A DNA stretch of 64,000 bases from a virus, in IMG/VR virus record IMGVR_UViG_3300027804_002057. The stretch is one strand, 5' to 3'. Shown here piece after piece: positions 17,707 through 26,748 of this stretch (position 1 is its first letter; every line of letters starts with the position of its first letter). The position numbers were made by a program, and so were the translations under genes. The notes beneath the pieces were generated by a model, which saw only the letters and a list, made by a program, of their open reading frames with translations, was not told where the DNA came from and did no database searches.

Positions 17707-19620
17707 TCAAGGTTTCGGTTCTATGGTATCATCTGAAACGAAATAGCTGGATATTGCATTAATTATGATTTTAGACCCTCTTTCCGATGTAGGATATGTT
17801 CTAGAATTTATATACTTTCGTTTACCAGCGTTCACAAAAGTAGATGCATTTGTATTAGAATTACAGTCCACCCAATAAACATATCCACCTTTTGTAGCCG
17901 TTATCATATATTCCGAACATACTACTGGTGCTTTTGTTGTTGTGGTTGTTGTTGGTCCTAATGTTGTTGTGGATGTAGATGTTGACGTAGATGTTGATGT
18001 AGTTGATGTTGATGTAGTTGTCAATGCGGGCGCAGCCGTTGTTGTTGTAGTTGTTGAAGTTGATGTGGTTGTAGTAGATGTTGAAGTTGATGTGGTTGTA
18101 GTTGTTATACCAATCAAATCATAATCAGCGTATAAAAAAGCCTGTGTACCACCTTGTAAACTTCTTGTATCAGACCAATCATTACTAAGTCCAGTTGTGT
18201 ATATTGTTGCCGTAGCTTTTGCTAATAATGATGCTTTAACTTGTGCAGGTGTCCAAGTTGGATTTTGTTGTAAAACCAATGCAGCAACTCCAGCTACTTG
18301 CGGAGATGCCATTGATGTACCACTTATATTAACTTGTCTATAAGATGCATTATTATAATAATTTTGTGCTGAGAATCTAGTTGTAGTTGAACACGCACTC
18401 ATTATATTTGTACCAGGTGCCCATATATCAACACCAGGTCCAGTTTCAGATGAAGTTGATTTTTGGTCTAAAGTTGAACTAAATGGAACTCTATCAACAT
18501 TACCAACAGTTAATGCATCATCATCATGTGGTGATGAACCTCTATGAATATATTTTGTACCAGTATCAGTAGATATTGTATTATTATAATCAGTACCACC
18601 AATCTTGTCTATTTTAAAAGAACGATTACCAGCTGCCACACAAACAACAACACCAGCATCTAATAATTCCTGAACATCAACATCTACGGAATCAATTCTG
18701 GTATTACAAATGTAATTATATCCATATGCAGCCCCACTTATATTTCTGATTCCATATGTACTTTGTCTATATGCCGCATTTCCAGTTGTGTTTGTGTCTG
18801 TATAATTTGTTCCTCTATATGTTACAGAAGATACTGTATTATAAAAACTCAAATATCCCCAACTCATATTAACTACCGTTGGTCTACTTCCTGCTTTTGA
18901 TGCATGCCAATTTTTAATAACATCAAATGCATATGTTACTGAAATACCAGTACCGCTATCACCACTCCCTTCTAATCCATTAACTTTTACAGAATATATT
19001 CTTGCTTCTTTTGCCCAACCATATGTTTTACCGCAAGCTATACCAGCACAATGTGTACCATGTCCATCGTAATCTCTATAATGATTTGCGTTTTGTGTGA
19101 AAGCACCACCACTATAAGAACCCCAATCTATTTGTTGAACTCTATTATTACCTAAAGCATCTTGAAATTCAGGATGGTCAACTTGAATACCACTATCTTG
19201 AATTACAACATCTACCCCATTACCATCTAAAGTATAATCATAAGTTGATGTAGTAGTTGTACCAGTACCATAAACGTTTGTTGGATTTGATGCTCTTATC
19301 AATCCCCAGTTAAGATACGAACCAGCCGATGTAGTTACTTTTGTAAAATCGCCCGTTTGCGTTGCTGCATGGGCCATTATAATATCATCTCTATGCTCCG
19401 GTGGAATTTCTACACAATAAACTCTTTCATCATTTCTAAGAGTTTCTGCTTCTTCATCTGTGAGCAAATACCAACATTGACGAAGTGATGCCGGTCTTTC
19501 GTTTGTAAATTCTATTCTACGATTTGGAATATAAAGTAAACCATCGGTTTCGGATTCCATATCATTCCAAAACCCATCGTAGTCAACTCCGGCTTTTAAC
19601 GCAACATTATATTGTTTCAT
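17707..19620 (-). CDS. Subtilisin-family (S8) serine protease with Thr-rich C-terminal stalk
   Basis: Catalytic triad motifs VVIQDSG, DGHGTHCAG, SGTSMASP; oxyanion AAGN; Thr tract near C-terminus. Confidence 0.9.
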   Translation of the reverse strand: MKQYNVALKAGVDYDGFWNDMESETDGLLYIPNRRIEFTNERPASLRQCWYLLTDEEAETLRNDERVYCVEIPPEHRDDIIMAHAATQTGDFTKVTTSAGSYLNWGLIRASNPTNVYGTGTTTTSTYDYTLDGNGVDVVIQDSGIQVDHPEFQDALGNNRVQQIDWGSYSGGAFTQNANHYRDYDGHGTHCAGIACGKTYGWAKEARIYSVKVNGLEGSGDSGTGISVTYAFDVIKNWHASKAGSRPTVVNMSWGYLSFYNTVSSVTYRGTNYTDTNTTGNAAYRQSTYGIRNISGAAYGYNYICNTRIDSVDVDVQELLDAGVVVCVAAGNRSFKIDKIGGTDYNNTISTDTGTKYIHRGSSPHDDDALTVGNVDRVPFSSTLDQKSTSSETGPGVDIWAPGTNIMSACSTTTRFSAQNYYNNASYRQVNISGTSMASPQVAGVAALVLQQNPTWTPAQVKASLLAKATATIYTTGLSNDWSDTRSLQGGTQAFLYADYDLIGITTTTTSTSTSTTTTSTSTTTTTTAAPALTTTSTSTTSTSTSTSTSTTTLGPTTTTTTKAPVVCSEYMITATKGGYVYWVDCNSNTNASTFVNAGKRKYINSRTYPTSERGSKIIINAISSYFVSDDTIEPKP

Positions 19621-19624
19621 CTAA

Positions 19625-19870
19625 TTATGATTCGCTTACTAAAGAAGCTTGATATGCTGCTATCACTTCTTCTGTCCAAACTGCATTTGCGATAGCTTGA
19701 ACTTTTGGGTCTTCGTTTACAATACTATCACCAGGTGAAAGTACATGTCTATGAAATGTTCTTGCAATTTCTTTACCATCTTTTTCTATGATTGTTGCAG
19801 TACGAACTTGAATATGATTTGATTGTACAAGTTCTACTAAGTCTACGATTTGTTTTTCTATTAATGCCAT
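19625..19870 (-). CDS. Small tail-fibre-associated protein
   Basis: IQVRTATIIEKDG..IARTFHRHV...VQAIANAVWT family usually found directly after phage fibre genes. Confidence 0.65.
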   Translation of the reverse strand: MALIEKQIVDLVELVQSNHIQVRTATIIEKDGKEIARTFHRHVLSPGDSIVNEDPKVQAIANAVWTEEVIAAYQASLVSES

Positions 19871-19880
19871 TTTATATTAT

Positions 19881-22800
19881 TTATGCTGTTTGATAAGTCA
19901 TTGAAAAGTGAATATTTGCAGAAGTGTCGATTGGAACGGAAGTAGCTGCTCCCCCACCAACAGGGTACTGAGTCACAGACGCTTCAGTTGAACTTGGTGT
20001 AATAGCCATTGTTGCTAAATTATTTGCAGTTAAGCTAAGGTTTTCTATCCAACCAAATGTTCCAGAAGCACGATAATTAGTTGTACTTATTGAAGTGAAT
20101 GGGAAATTAGCCAACAACATGTCTCCCGTTCCAGTGTGACCACTCCAATTAAGCCAAACATTGATTGTGACAAGATTTCCAATCTTTGTATAAGTTCCTT
20201 GTTGAACAGTGTATGTACCAGTTCCTGCGGTAGTTGAACCTTTTATTGTTGGTGTAAATGTTCCTTCTTCGTAATCATTTAATAATTCGGAAGTCATTGT
20301 ACCAGCACTATTTGATGTTGCCGAAAAGTCTATACCTTTGCCAGACGTACCGATTACTAAGTTACCAGTTGATACAGTTAGATTTCCAGTGGTTGCAGCT
20401 ATTCTTAATCTTTCAGTATCAGAACCAACTTTAACATATAAATCACCACCCACCGCGTCAGTACCAGTTCCAACCGATATTGATGCGAATCTATGAGTTG
20501 ATGAATTACCATAGCAAATAGTAGCTTCCTCACTATTACCACCTATAATACTAATTCCACTATTTCTACCAAATAGATATAATCCACTTTGATTTGAATA
20601 ATATGATTGTGCAGTTGTTGATGGTACAGATGCTATATCGTTATTGTATGATTTACGAATAGTTAAAGAACCAGTTAAAAAACTTGCAACCGGAGCGGTA
20701 GTATTTACACCAATGTTACCATCACCATTGATAGCAAATCGTATTGGTACACCATATGTATTTCCAGCAGTTACAGATACATCAGTTGCTTGATATCTCA
20801 ATAAAGCACCATCCATCGTAAGCATTCCCATTCCGTTTGCAGAAGTATAATTTGCTACTACAGTTCCAGCTGAGCCATATTTTGCATTTGAGCCAATATA
20901 AATGTCCGATGCGTTTCTATACATAATAGAACCACCACCAAAATTTAAATAATTATATGATGCTAATAGACTTGTTTGTGGATTGAAGTTAAAAGTAGTT
21001 TCTGTATTTACAAATGTTTGTGTACCATAGAATGTATTTGCCGATGCCGTTTCAGCGAACTTATAATAGTTTGTTATTTGTTGTGAAGATGATACAATTG
21101 CTGCTCCTTTTAAAGATGCCGTATATGCTTCAATACCACCCATCTCAGCTTTGATTGATGCGGTTTCAGCGTACAATTGATAAAGTTGTGCATCAGTTGC
21201 GTATGTCGAATCTAATGCTGCCGTAAATGCCATCAAACCATTTGTAATTCCTATTAAAGAACCCGTAGTTAATTCTAATGATTGCGTTGCCTGATATAAT
21301 TGGTATAATTGTGCATCAGTTGCGTATGTTGAATCTAATGCTGCTGTAAATGCCATCAAACCATTCGTAATTCCAATCAATGAACCAGTAGATGTATATA
21401 GATTAGAGTTTAATGCGAATACATCATAGTTTTGAACCTGCGTTGATGAAGATACAATTGCTGCTGCTTTTAAAGATGCAGTATAAGATTCTATTCCAGC
21501 TACTTCCGCTTTTATAGAACCTGTACCATTATATAAGTTAGAGTTTAATGCGAATAAATCATAGTTTTGAACTTGCGTTGAAGATGATACTATTGCTTGT
21601 CCTTTTAAAGATGCAGTGTATGCTTCAATACTATTTAATTCGATTCTAGCCGAAGATGTGAATATTGCATTTCCTAAATTTACAGCTAATTGAGAAGATG
21701 TGAATGCAGATACACCAACTATACTATTATTTGTTGATGAAGTGAATTGTGATATTACAAAGTTTCTACTATCTTGAGAACCAGTAAATATGTTCAATGA
21801 AGATGTAGTTTGGTACACTCTTACCAACTCACTACTTACACCAGAAGAAAGTCCAGCTATACTATTAGCAGTTGAACTACTATAATTTGTAAATGTAGTT
21901 GAGTTAGAACTACTAAATGTTGTATTATAGCTTGAATTTGAGCTACTATAATTTGTAAATGTAGTTGAGTTAGAACTACTAAATGTTGTATTATAGCTTG
22001 AATTTGAACTACTAAAGTTTGTAAACAATGTAGAGTTAGAGCTACTAAAGTTTGTAAATAATGTTGAATTCGAGCTACTTAGATTTGTATTGTAGCTTGA
22101 ATTTGAACTACTAAAGTTTGTAAACAATGTAGAGTTAGAACTACTCAAATTTGTGTTATAGCTTGAATTAGAACTACTTAATGCAGTTACATAAGTTGCA
22201 TTAGAACTACTAAATGTAGTGTTGTAAGTTGAGTTAGAACTACTTAATGCAGTTATGTACGTTGCATTAGAACTACTAAATGTTGTATTGTAGCTTGAAT
22301 TAGAACTACTAAAGTTTGTGAATAAAGTAGAATTAGAACTACTGAAATTTGTAAATAATGTAGAATTAGAACTACTAAAGTTTGTGTATAAAGTAGAATT
22401 TGAACTACTGAAGCTTGTTATAGCACTTGAGTTAGAACTACTAAAATCTGTAAATACTGCTGAATTTGAACTACTATAATATGTGTAATCTTCACCATTT
22501 ATAGTATGAGAACCTGTGAAGTATATAGAGCCTGTAAATTCGTGTAAATCATCAAAAGAGTTTCCGAATTTTGTAGAACCACTGGAATATATTATAGAAG
22601 ATGTTTCATATTGAGTATGTAATGTTCCTTTTACACTAACATTACCACCAATTTCCAAATTACCAGCCACCTCAATTCCGTTTCCACGAACAGTAACTGC
22701 ACCCTTTAAAGATGATGTATATGTTTGAACGCCAGCAACAGTTGCTCTGACTTCTCTAATAAAGTTATCTTTTAGATTATCCGCTGTAATTTGGTTAGTA

Positions 22801-22907
22801 GTACCATATAAAACCACAGGAATAACTGTAGTATTAGCTGGTGCCGTACCTACCGAAGCCGTTACATCCGTTATAAAAGGTAATTCGGTTATCTTCTTAT
22901 CTGCCAT
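19881..22907 (-). CDS. Long tail-fibre-like protein with Ser-rich 11-residue repeats
   Basis: MADKKITELP start, SSGSTKFG..DDLHEFTGS, GNIGVNTTAP, C-terminal GKGIDFSAT...LNDYEEGTFTP...YTKIGNLV fibre-tip domain. Confidence 0.8.
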   Translation of the reverse strand: MADKKITELPFITDVTASVGTAPANTTVIPVVLYGTTNQITADNLKDNFIREVRATVAGVQTYTSSLKGAVTVRGNGIEVAGNLEIGGNVSVKGTLHTQYETSSIIYSSGSTKFGNSFDDLHEFTGSIYFTGSHTINGEDYTYYSSSNSAVFTDFSSSNSSAITSFSSSNSTLYTNFSSSNSTLFTNFSSSNSTLFTNFSSSNSSYNTTFSSSNATYITALSSSNSTYNTTFSSSNATYVTALSSSNSSYNTNLSSSNSTLFTNFSSSNSSYNTNLSSSNSTLFTNFSSSNSTLFTNFSSSNSSYNTTFSSSNSTTFTNYSSSNSSYNTTFSSSNSTTFTNYSSSTANSIAGLSSGVSSELVRVYQTTSSLNIFTGSQDSRNFVISQFTSSTNNSIVGVSAFTSSQLAVNLGNAIFTSSARIELNSIEAYTASLKGQAIVSSSTQVQNYDLFALNSNLYNGTGSIKAEVAGIESYTASLKAAAIVSSSTQVQNYDVFALNSNLYTSTGSLIGITNGLMAFTAALDSTYATDAQLYQLYQATQSLELTTGSLIGITNGLMAFTAALDSTYATDAQLYQLYAETASIKAEMGGIEAYTASLKGAAIVSSSQQITNYYKFAETASANTFYGTQTFVNTETTFNFNPQTSLLASYNYLNFGGGSIMYRNASDIYIGSNAKYGSAGTVVANYTSANGMGMLTMDGALLRYQATDVSVTAGNTYGVPIRFAINGDGNIGVNTTAPVASFLTGSLTIRKSYNNDIASVPSTTAQSYYSNQSGLYLFGRNSGISIIGGNSEEATICYGNSSTHRFASISVGTGTDAVGGDLYVKVGSDTERLRIAATTGNLTVSTGNLVIGTSGKGIDFSATSNSAGTMTSELLNDYEEGTFTPTIKGSTTAGTGTYTVQQGTYTKIGNLVTINVWLNWSGHTGTGDMLLANFPFTSISTTNYRASGTFGWIENLSLTANNLATMAITPSSTEASVTQYPVGGGAATSVPIDTSANIHFSMTYQTA
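21171..21390 (-). repeat. Intragenic duplication, 123-nt period (TGSLIGITNGLMAFTAALDSTYATDAQLYQLY x2)
   Basis: Identical 32-aa peptide with synonymous nucleotide differences. Confidence 0.85.
21855..22481 (-). repeat. About 18-19 tandem 33-nt units encoding x[FLY]SSSN[SA][ST]xxT
   Basis: Directly visible in translation and as recurring gaactacta on plus strand. Confidence 0.9.
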
Positions 22908-22945
22908 TTTTCAATATTATTTTCGTAAAGTTAGTATTTAACTCA

Positions 22946-22954
22946 TATAAATAT
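22946..22954 (-). promoter_or_regulatory. Putative phage late promoter (ATATTTATA)
   Basis: About 40 nt upstream of tail-fibre ATG. Confidence 0.5.
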
Positions 22955-22971
22955 TGAAAAATATAATAAAA

Positions 22972-23244
22972 CTACTCCCCAGAAAATCCTCTTTTCTTTT
23001 TCTTAGTACTCAACGCAGATGTGGGTAGAGTTCCTTCGGCTATCTTATCTAATATAACCTCTCTTTGATTTTTACGAATAGCCTTTTGTTTTTGTTCCCT
23101 TTTTTCGGTTGTGGGTTTTGTATATTCTTTTCGGTCTCTCAATTCCATAATGTGACCGGATTTGATTACCTTTCTTTTGAATTCTTTTAGAGCCTTATTT
23201 ATGTCCTGCTTTGTACAGTCCACTATAACGATTGATACTCCCAT
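22972..23244 (-). CDS. rpsU: Ribosomal protein bS21
   Basis: DINKALKEFKRKVIKSGHIMELRDRKEYTKPTTEKR matches bS21 pattern. Confidence 0.85.
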   Translation of the reverse strand: MGVSIVIVDCTKQDINKALKEFKRKVIKSGHIMELRDRKEYTKPTTEKREQKQKAIRKNQREVILDKIAEGTLPTSALSTKKKKRGFSGE

Positions 23245-23245
23245 A

Positions 23246-23944
23246 TTATTTTTTTATCATTTTTTCAGCAGCCTTAAATACTTTGGAATCTTTATCGTAT
23301 TGTAAAGCTGATTTTAATTTAATATCTCTACCAGTGTCTGGATTTTTAATAGTTTTTGTTAAATCTGCTTTTGGAAGCATTGATATTAATTTTGTTGATT
23401 GGGATTCCATTTCTTCTTTTGGTTTTACTTGTTGAATCTTTTGTTTTACGTTTGGATAGTTTTTTAATCTTTTTCTAACCGCTTCCACATTTTTTGGAGA
23501 GTCATCTATAAAATAAACATCATCAAAACCAGCCTTTACCTTATCCTCAATCCAATCAGCTTTCTTTTCAGGGTTAGCATCACCTAATGCAACTACAGTA
23601 ACACCTCTTATACCCAAATCTTTTATAAATTTAGATACAGGCTTTTCTGCTGAACGAGCGGTTAGAATAAATACTTCTCTACTACCACCACTATTAACCA
23701 TTCTTCTTAATAATTCAACATATCCTTTAATTAACTTAGGTTCTGTTACCTTTTGGAAATCAGTATAATCAAACACATCACCTGGTCTTTCTTTGTAAAC
23801 GGCATATTGACCAGGACTTAATTTAGATTTTTTACCATCTTTATCAGTTACATATATGAATGAATTTGTTTTGACAAGTGTATCATCAAAATCAAATACT
23901 CTTAATTTTTTATCTTCCGTAAAAAGGGTTCTTGCTATTGGCAT
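23246..23944 (-). CDS. HAD-superfamily phosphatase
   Basis: VFDFDDTL, ILTAR, K and FIDDS motifs; C-terminal IKNPDTGRDIK extension. Confidence 0.8.
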   Translation of the reverse strand: MPIARTLFTEDKKLRVFDFDDTLVKTNSFIYVTDKDGKKSKLSPGQYAVYKERPGDVFDYTDFQKVTEPKLIKGYVELLRRMVNSGGSREVFILTARSAEKPVSKFIKDLGIRGVTVVALGDANPEKKADWIEDKVKAGFDDVYFIDDSPKNVEAVRKRLKNYPNVKQKIQQVKPKEEMESQSTKLISMLPKADLTKTIKNPDTGRDIKLKSALQYDKDSKVFKAAEKMIKK

Positions 23945-24258
23945 TATCCGTTCAATTGTCTTTTAGCTTTTGGAACTGCTTTTTCCAATTTATCGTTCTC
24001 TTTAGTAAGATACTCTACCTTTACGGTTAATTCGGCAACTTTTGCTGTCATTTCTATAATCATCTTACGCATTTCATCTTTTTCTTTTGATGATGCTACT
24101 AAAAGGGCTTCTAATTTAGAAATTCTATCTCTACAATCGTGTCTGATAAATTCCTCATCTCTTTCCTTTCTCATTGATTTTTTCTCATAGAAACGGAAAG
24201 CTGCTGCACTACCTAATACTGTACATGCAGTTATCAATACTGAATATATGTTATCCAT
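23944..24258 (-). CDS. Membrane-anchored coiled-coil protein (possibly holin-like)
   Basis: N-terminal hydrophobic helix followed by heptad coiled coil. Confidence 0.55.
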   Translation of the reverse strand: MDNIYSVLITACTVLGSAAAFRFYEKKSMRKERDEEFIRHDCRDRISKLEALLVASSKEKDEMRKMIIEMTAKVAELTVKVEYLTKENDKLEKAVPKAKRQLNG

Positions 24259-24259
24259 A

Positions 24260-24592
24260 TTAAATTTCTTTTTGTGGTTCTTCTTCAGTTTGAGGTAACG
24301 CTGCTGCTACGTGTTCAACACCTTTTTTATCAACGTATTCTAATTTCAATTTAAAGTGGTCCATAACATCCCATATTTCATCATATCCATAATCACCCAG
24401 CTCATCTAATATTTGATTTCTAGTTGCATGTGGTTTACGAAGTAGATATAAAGATAATGCTTTTTTAGCATTCGAACTACCTTTATCGTAGAATTTCATT
24501 ATTTCTTTTACATGAACATCATTTTTAGACATTTCATTAATGAATTCTTCCCTTATTACAGAACGTATTATTTCCTTAAGTTGTTTTTCCAT
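24260..24592 (-). CDS. Hypothetical protein, possible internal head protein
   Basis: N-terminal LKEIIRSVIREEFINE leader; follows late-type motif. Confidence 0.6.
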   Translation of the reverse strand: MEKQLKEIIRSVIREEFINEMSKNDVHVKEIMKFYDKGSSNAKKALSLYLLRKPHATRNQILDELGDYGYDEIWDVMDHFKLKLEYVDKKGVEHVAAALPQTEEEPQKEI

Positions 24593-24611
24593 TTTTACCT
24601 AAAATTATAGA

Positions 24612-24620
24612 TATAAATAT
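24612..24620 (-). promoter_or_regulatory. Putative phage late promoter (ATATTTATA)
   Basis: About 20 nt upstream of 24592 ATG; heads unit containing rpsU. Confidence 0.5.
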
Positions 24621-24625
24621 ACTTT

Positions 24626-25522
24626 TTAGGAATTAGGGATATTTTTTTCAATTAGTTTCTTTGCAAATGCTACTATTAATTCTTGACCTTTTGCAGATGC
24701 AGAATCATAAAATTCTTTTTTCTTATCAATTGATTTTATTTTATCAGAAAATGATGGAGTTCTATTTTGATAATCTTCTGTTATATATACCCCATCCATA
24801 ACAAATTGTTTAATATCATACCCCAATTTAATGGCAACTTTACCAGCTTCCATTCCGTAAGTATCCTCAGGACCATATCCGCCAAATTCTTCAGGTATTC
24901 CTACAAAATTCCAAAACGATTTAGAATATAAAGTATGCATCCCACATCCAAATTTAAGTGTTGGTATTTGTTTTGCATTTACTCTTTCTATTATTTGAGA
25001 ATCTGCATTATTCATAGCATCTTTTGTTGTTGCATATCCATATTCTTTATCCATATAATCGGAATGACAAAGTATATTCCAACTAGCATCCCACCACTTA
25101 GGTAATGATGGTGAAACTATGTACATACCATCTAATTGATAAGATACATTTAATTGGTATTTTAACATATGTTCGTGGAATAGAATATCAGTATCACAAA
25201 ATATAAATTGGTCATAGTTTAACTTAATCACTTCTCTTTTTTGTTGAGTAGTTCCCCAACAAGACGTGTCCAATATTACTTCATTTATATTTTTTATACC
25301 ATTAAATAATAAAGCAAAACGAGATACAAAATAGTCTTGTTTATATTCACTATTGTTCCAATCAGTTAATTCTGGATTTAGATTTAAAGTTACTTTTAAA
25401 GTCACATCATCATTTTCATCTAAATAGGATAATGCCTTATGCATGTTTACCATAAGTCTACTAAACATTTCCAATTCAGATGGCATTACATGTATGCAAA
25501 TAAGTGTTTTTTTCTTTGTCAT
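24626..25522 (-). CDS. GT-A fold glycosyltransferase
   Basis: FIFCDTDI (DxD) and FGGYGPEDT motifs. Confidence 0.7.
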   Translation of the reverse strand: MTKKKTLICIHVMPSELEMFSRLMVNMHKALSYLDENDDVTLKVTLNLNPELTDWNNSEYKQDYFVSRFALLFNGIKNINEVILDTSCWGTTQQKREVIKLNYDQFIFCDTDILFHEHMLKYQLNVSYQLDGMYIVSPSLPKWWDASWNILCHSDYMDKEYGYATTKDAMNNADSQIIERVNAKQIPTLKFGCGMHTLYSKSFWNFVGIPEEFGGYGPEDTYGMEAGKVAIKLGYDIKQFVMDGVYITEDYQNRTPSFSDKIKSIDKKKEFYDSASAKGQELIVAFAKKLIEKNIPNS

Positions 25523-26748
25523 TAAAATACGTTTTTAAAGAATGGTGGGACCATATCGGCTGCTTGTAAACTAAATATATGTATTTGAAATATATCCCAT
25601 TCAAAACTACCCAAACTATCAGTTTGTTGAACTATGAATGGAATGTTTTTTATAAATGTTTGAAAATGCTGCGGTGTTATTTTAGAACCATCAAAAAGAA
25701 TTTGAACATCTCCTTTCATTTCTTCACCAATTGAATGTACTTTACCAATTATATCAAACATAGATTCATTTTGTTCATTGCCAACATAATCTGCGTAATT
25801 ACAATCAACGTATATATGGTCACACCAAGGTTCTAAAGCTGCTAACAATTGTGGATGGCAATTATGTACCACAAATGTAGTATCATATCGGTTTGGTACA
25901 ATTGGCATCATCAATTCATCATGCAATACATCAGTATGCCATTTTCTCCACCACTCTTTGAATTTATTTTGTCTTAATAAAGTGTATTCTACTGAATCTT
26001 TAGGTTTGTACCATTTGGTCCCATCCGGTAAATCAATAACTCTTTCAATTTCAATACCATCTTTGAATCTACTACCTCTACAAGTCATATGATATACAAA
26101 TGCATCTCTACTTTGTATTAACTTATATTCTTGCAAATGGAATCTATTGAATATATCGGAATCTTCTAACTCCATTGGTGCGAATAATTTGTCATGTCCA
26201 CCAATTGCTACAAAATCTTCTTTATATAACATCCAAGGTGCAAAAATACCATTTGTAACTTTACCTTCATTTACATATTCCTTTTCATAAACAAATTTAT
26301 TAAATTCAGCTTGCTTAAATGATTCAGGCTCCATACCAAAATCCTCAACATATTTTTCAGGACCTGGTGGATGTAATGGTGGTTCAATACGAGTAGCTGA
26401 AACTACACTTAGTGGTGCTAAATGTTTCAACATGTTCTGAACATAATTTTGAGTTACAATCATATCCGAATGTAAAATTGTAACTATTGGGGTTTCTGCT
26501 AACTGAATACCTCTATCGTATAAAACAGTATGTCCAACCCTATCAGGTCCTTCGTTTCTATATGTTTTAATATATGGTTTGTTAAGAGAGCTCACCCATT
26601 CCCATGTACCATCATTTGAAGCATCATCTAATATTACTATTTGATGATAATCATTGTAGTTATCTTCTATACTATGAATAGCTTGCTTCAAATATTTTAA
26701 GTTATTACGGCAAGGTATTATAAATGTAACCGATTGATAATGTGCCAT
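25522..26748 (-). CDS. GT2 glycosyltransferase
   Basis: FIIPCRNN, ILDDASNDGT, LHSDM, IGGHD...EDSD. Confidence 0.88.
   Translation of the reverse strand: MAHYQSVTFIIPCRNNLKYLKQAIHSIEDNYNDYHQIVILDDASNDGTWEWVSSLNKPYIKTYRNEGPDRVGHTVLYDRGIQLAETPIVTILHSDMIVTQNYVQNMLKHLAPLSVVSATRIEPPLHPPGPEKYVEDFGMEPESFKQAEFNKFVYEKEYVNEGKVTNGIFAPWMLYKEDFVAIGGHDKLFAPMELEDSDIFNRFHLQEYKLIQSRDAFVYHMTCRGSRFKDGIEIERVIDLPDGTKWYKPKDSVEYTLLRQNKFKEWWRKWHTDVLHDELMMPIVPNRYDTTFVVHNCHPQLLAALEPWCDHIYVDCNYADYVGNEQNESMFDIIGKVHSIGEEMKGDVQILFDGSKITPQHFQTFIKNIPFIVQQTDSLGSFEWDIFQIHIFSLQAADMVPPFFKNVF

Noticed and set aside
14101-18124. Val-rich plus-strand ORFs (14101, 17942) and Gln/Leu- or Asn/Tyr-rich alternate-frame ORFs (14188, 14804, 16822)
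   Set aside because: Shadows of the poly-Thr codon runs
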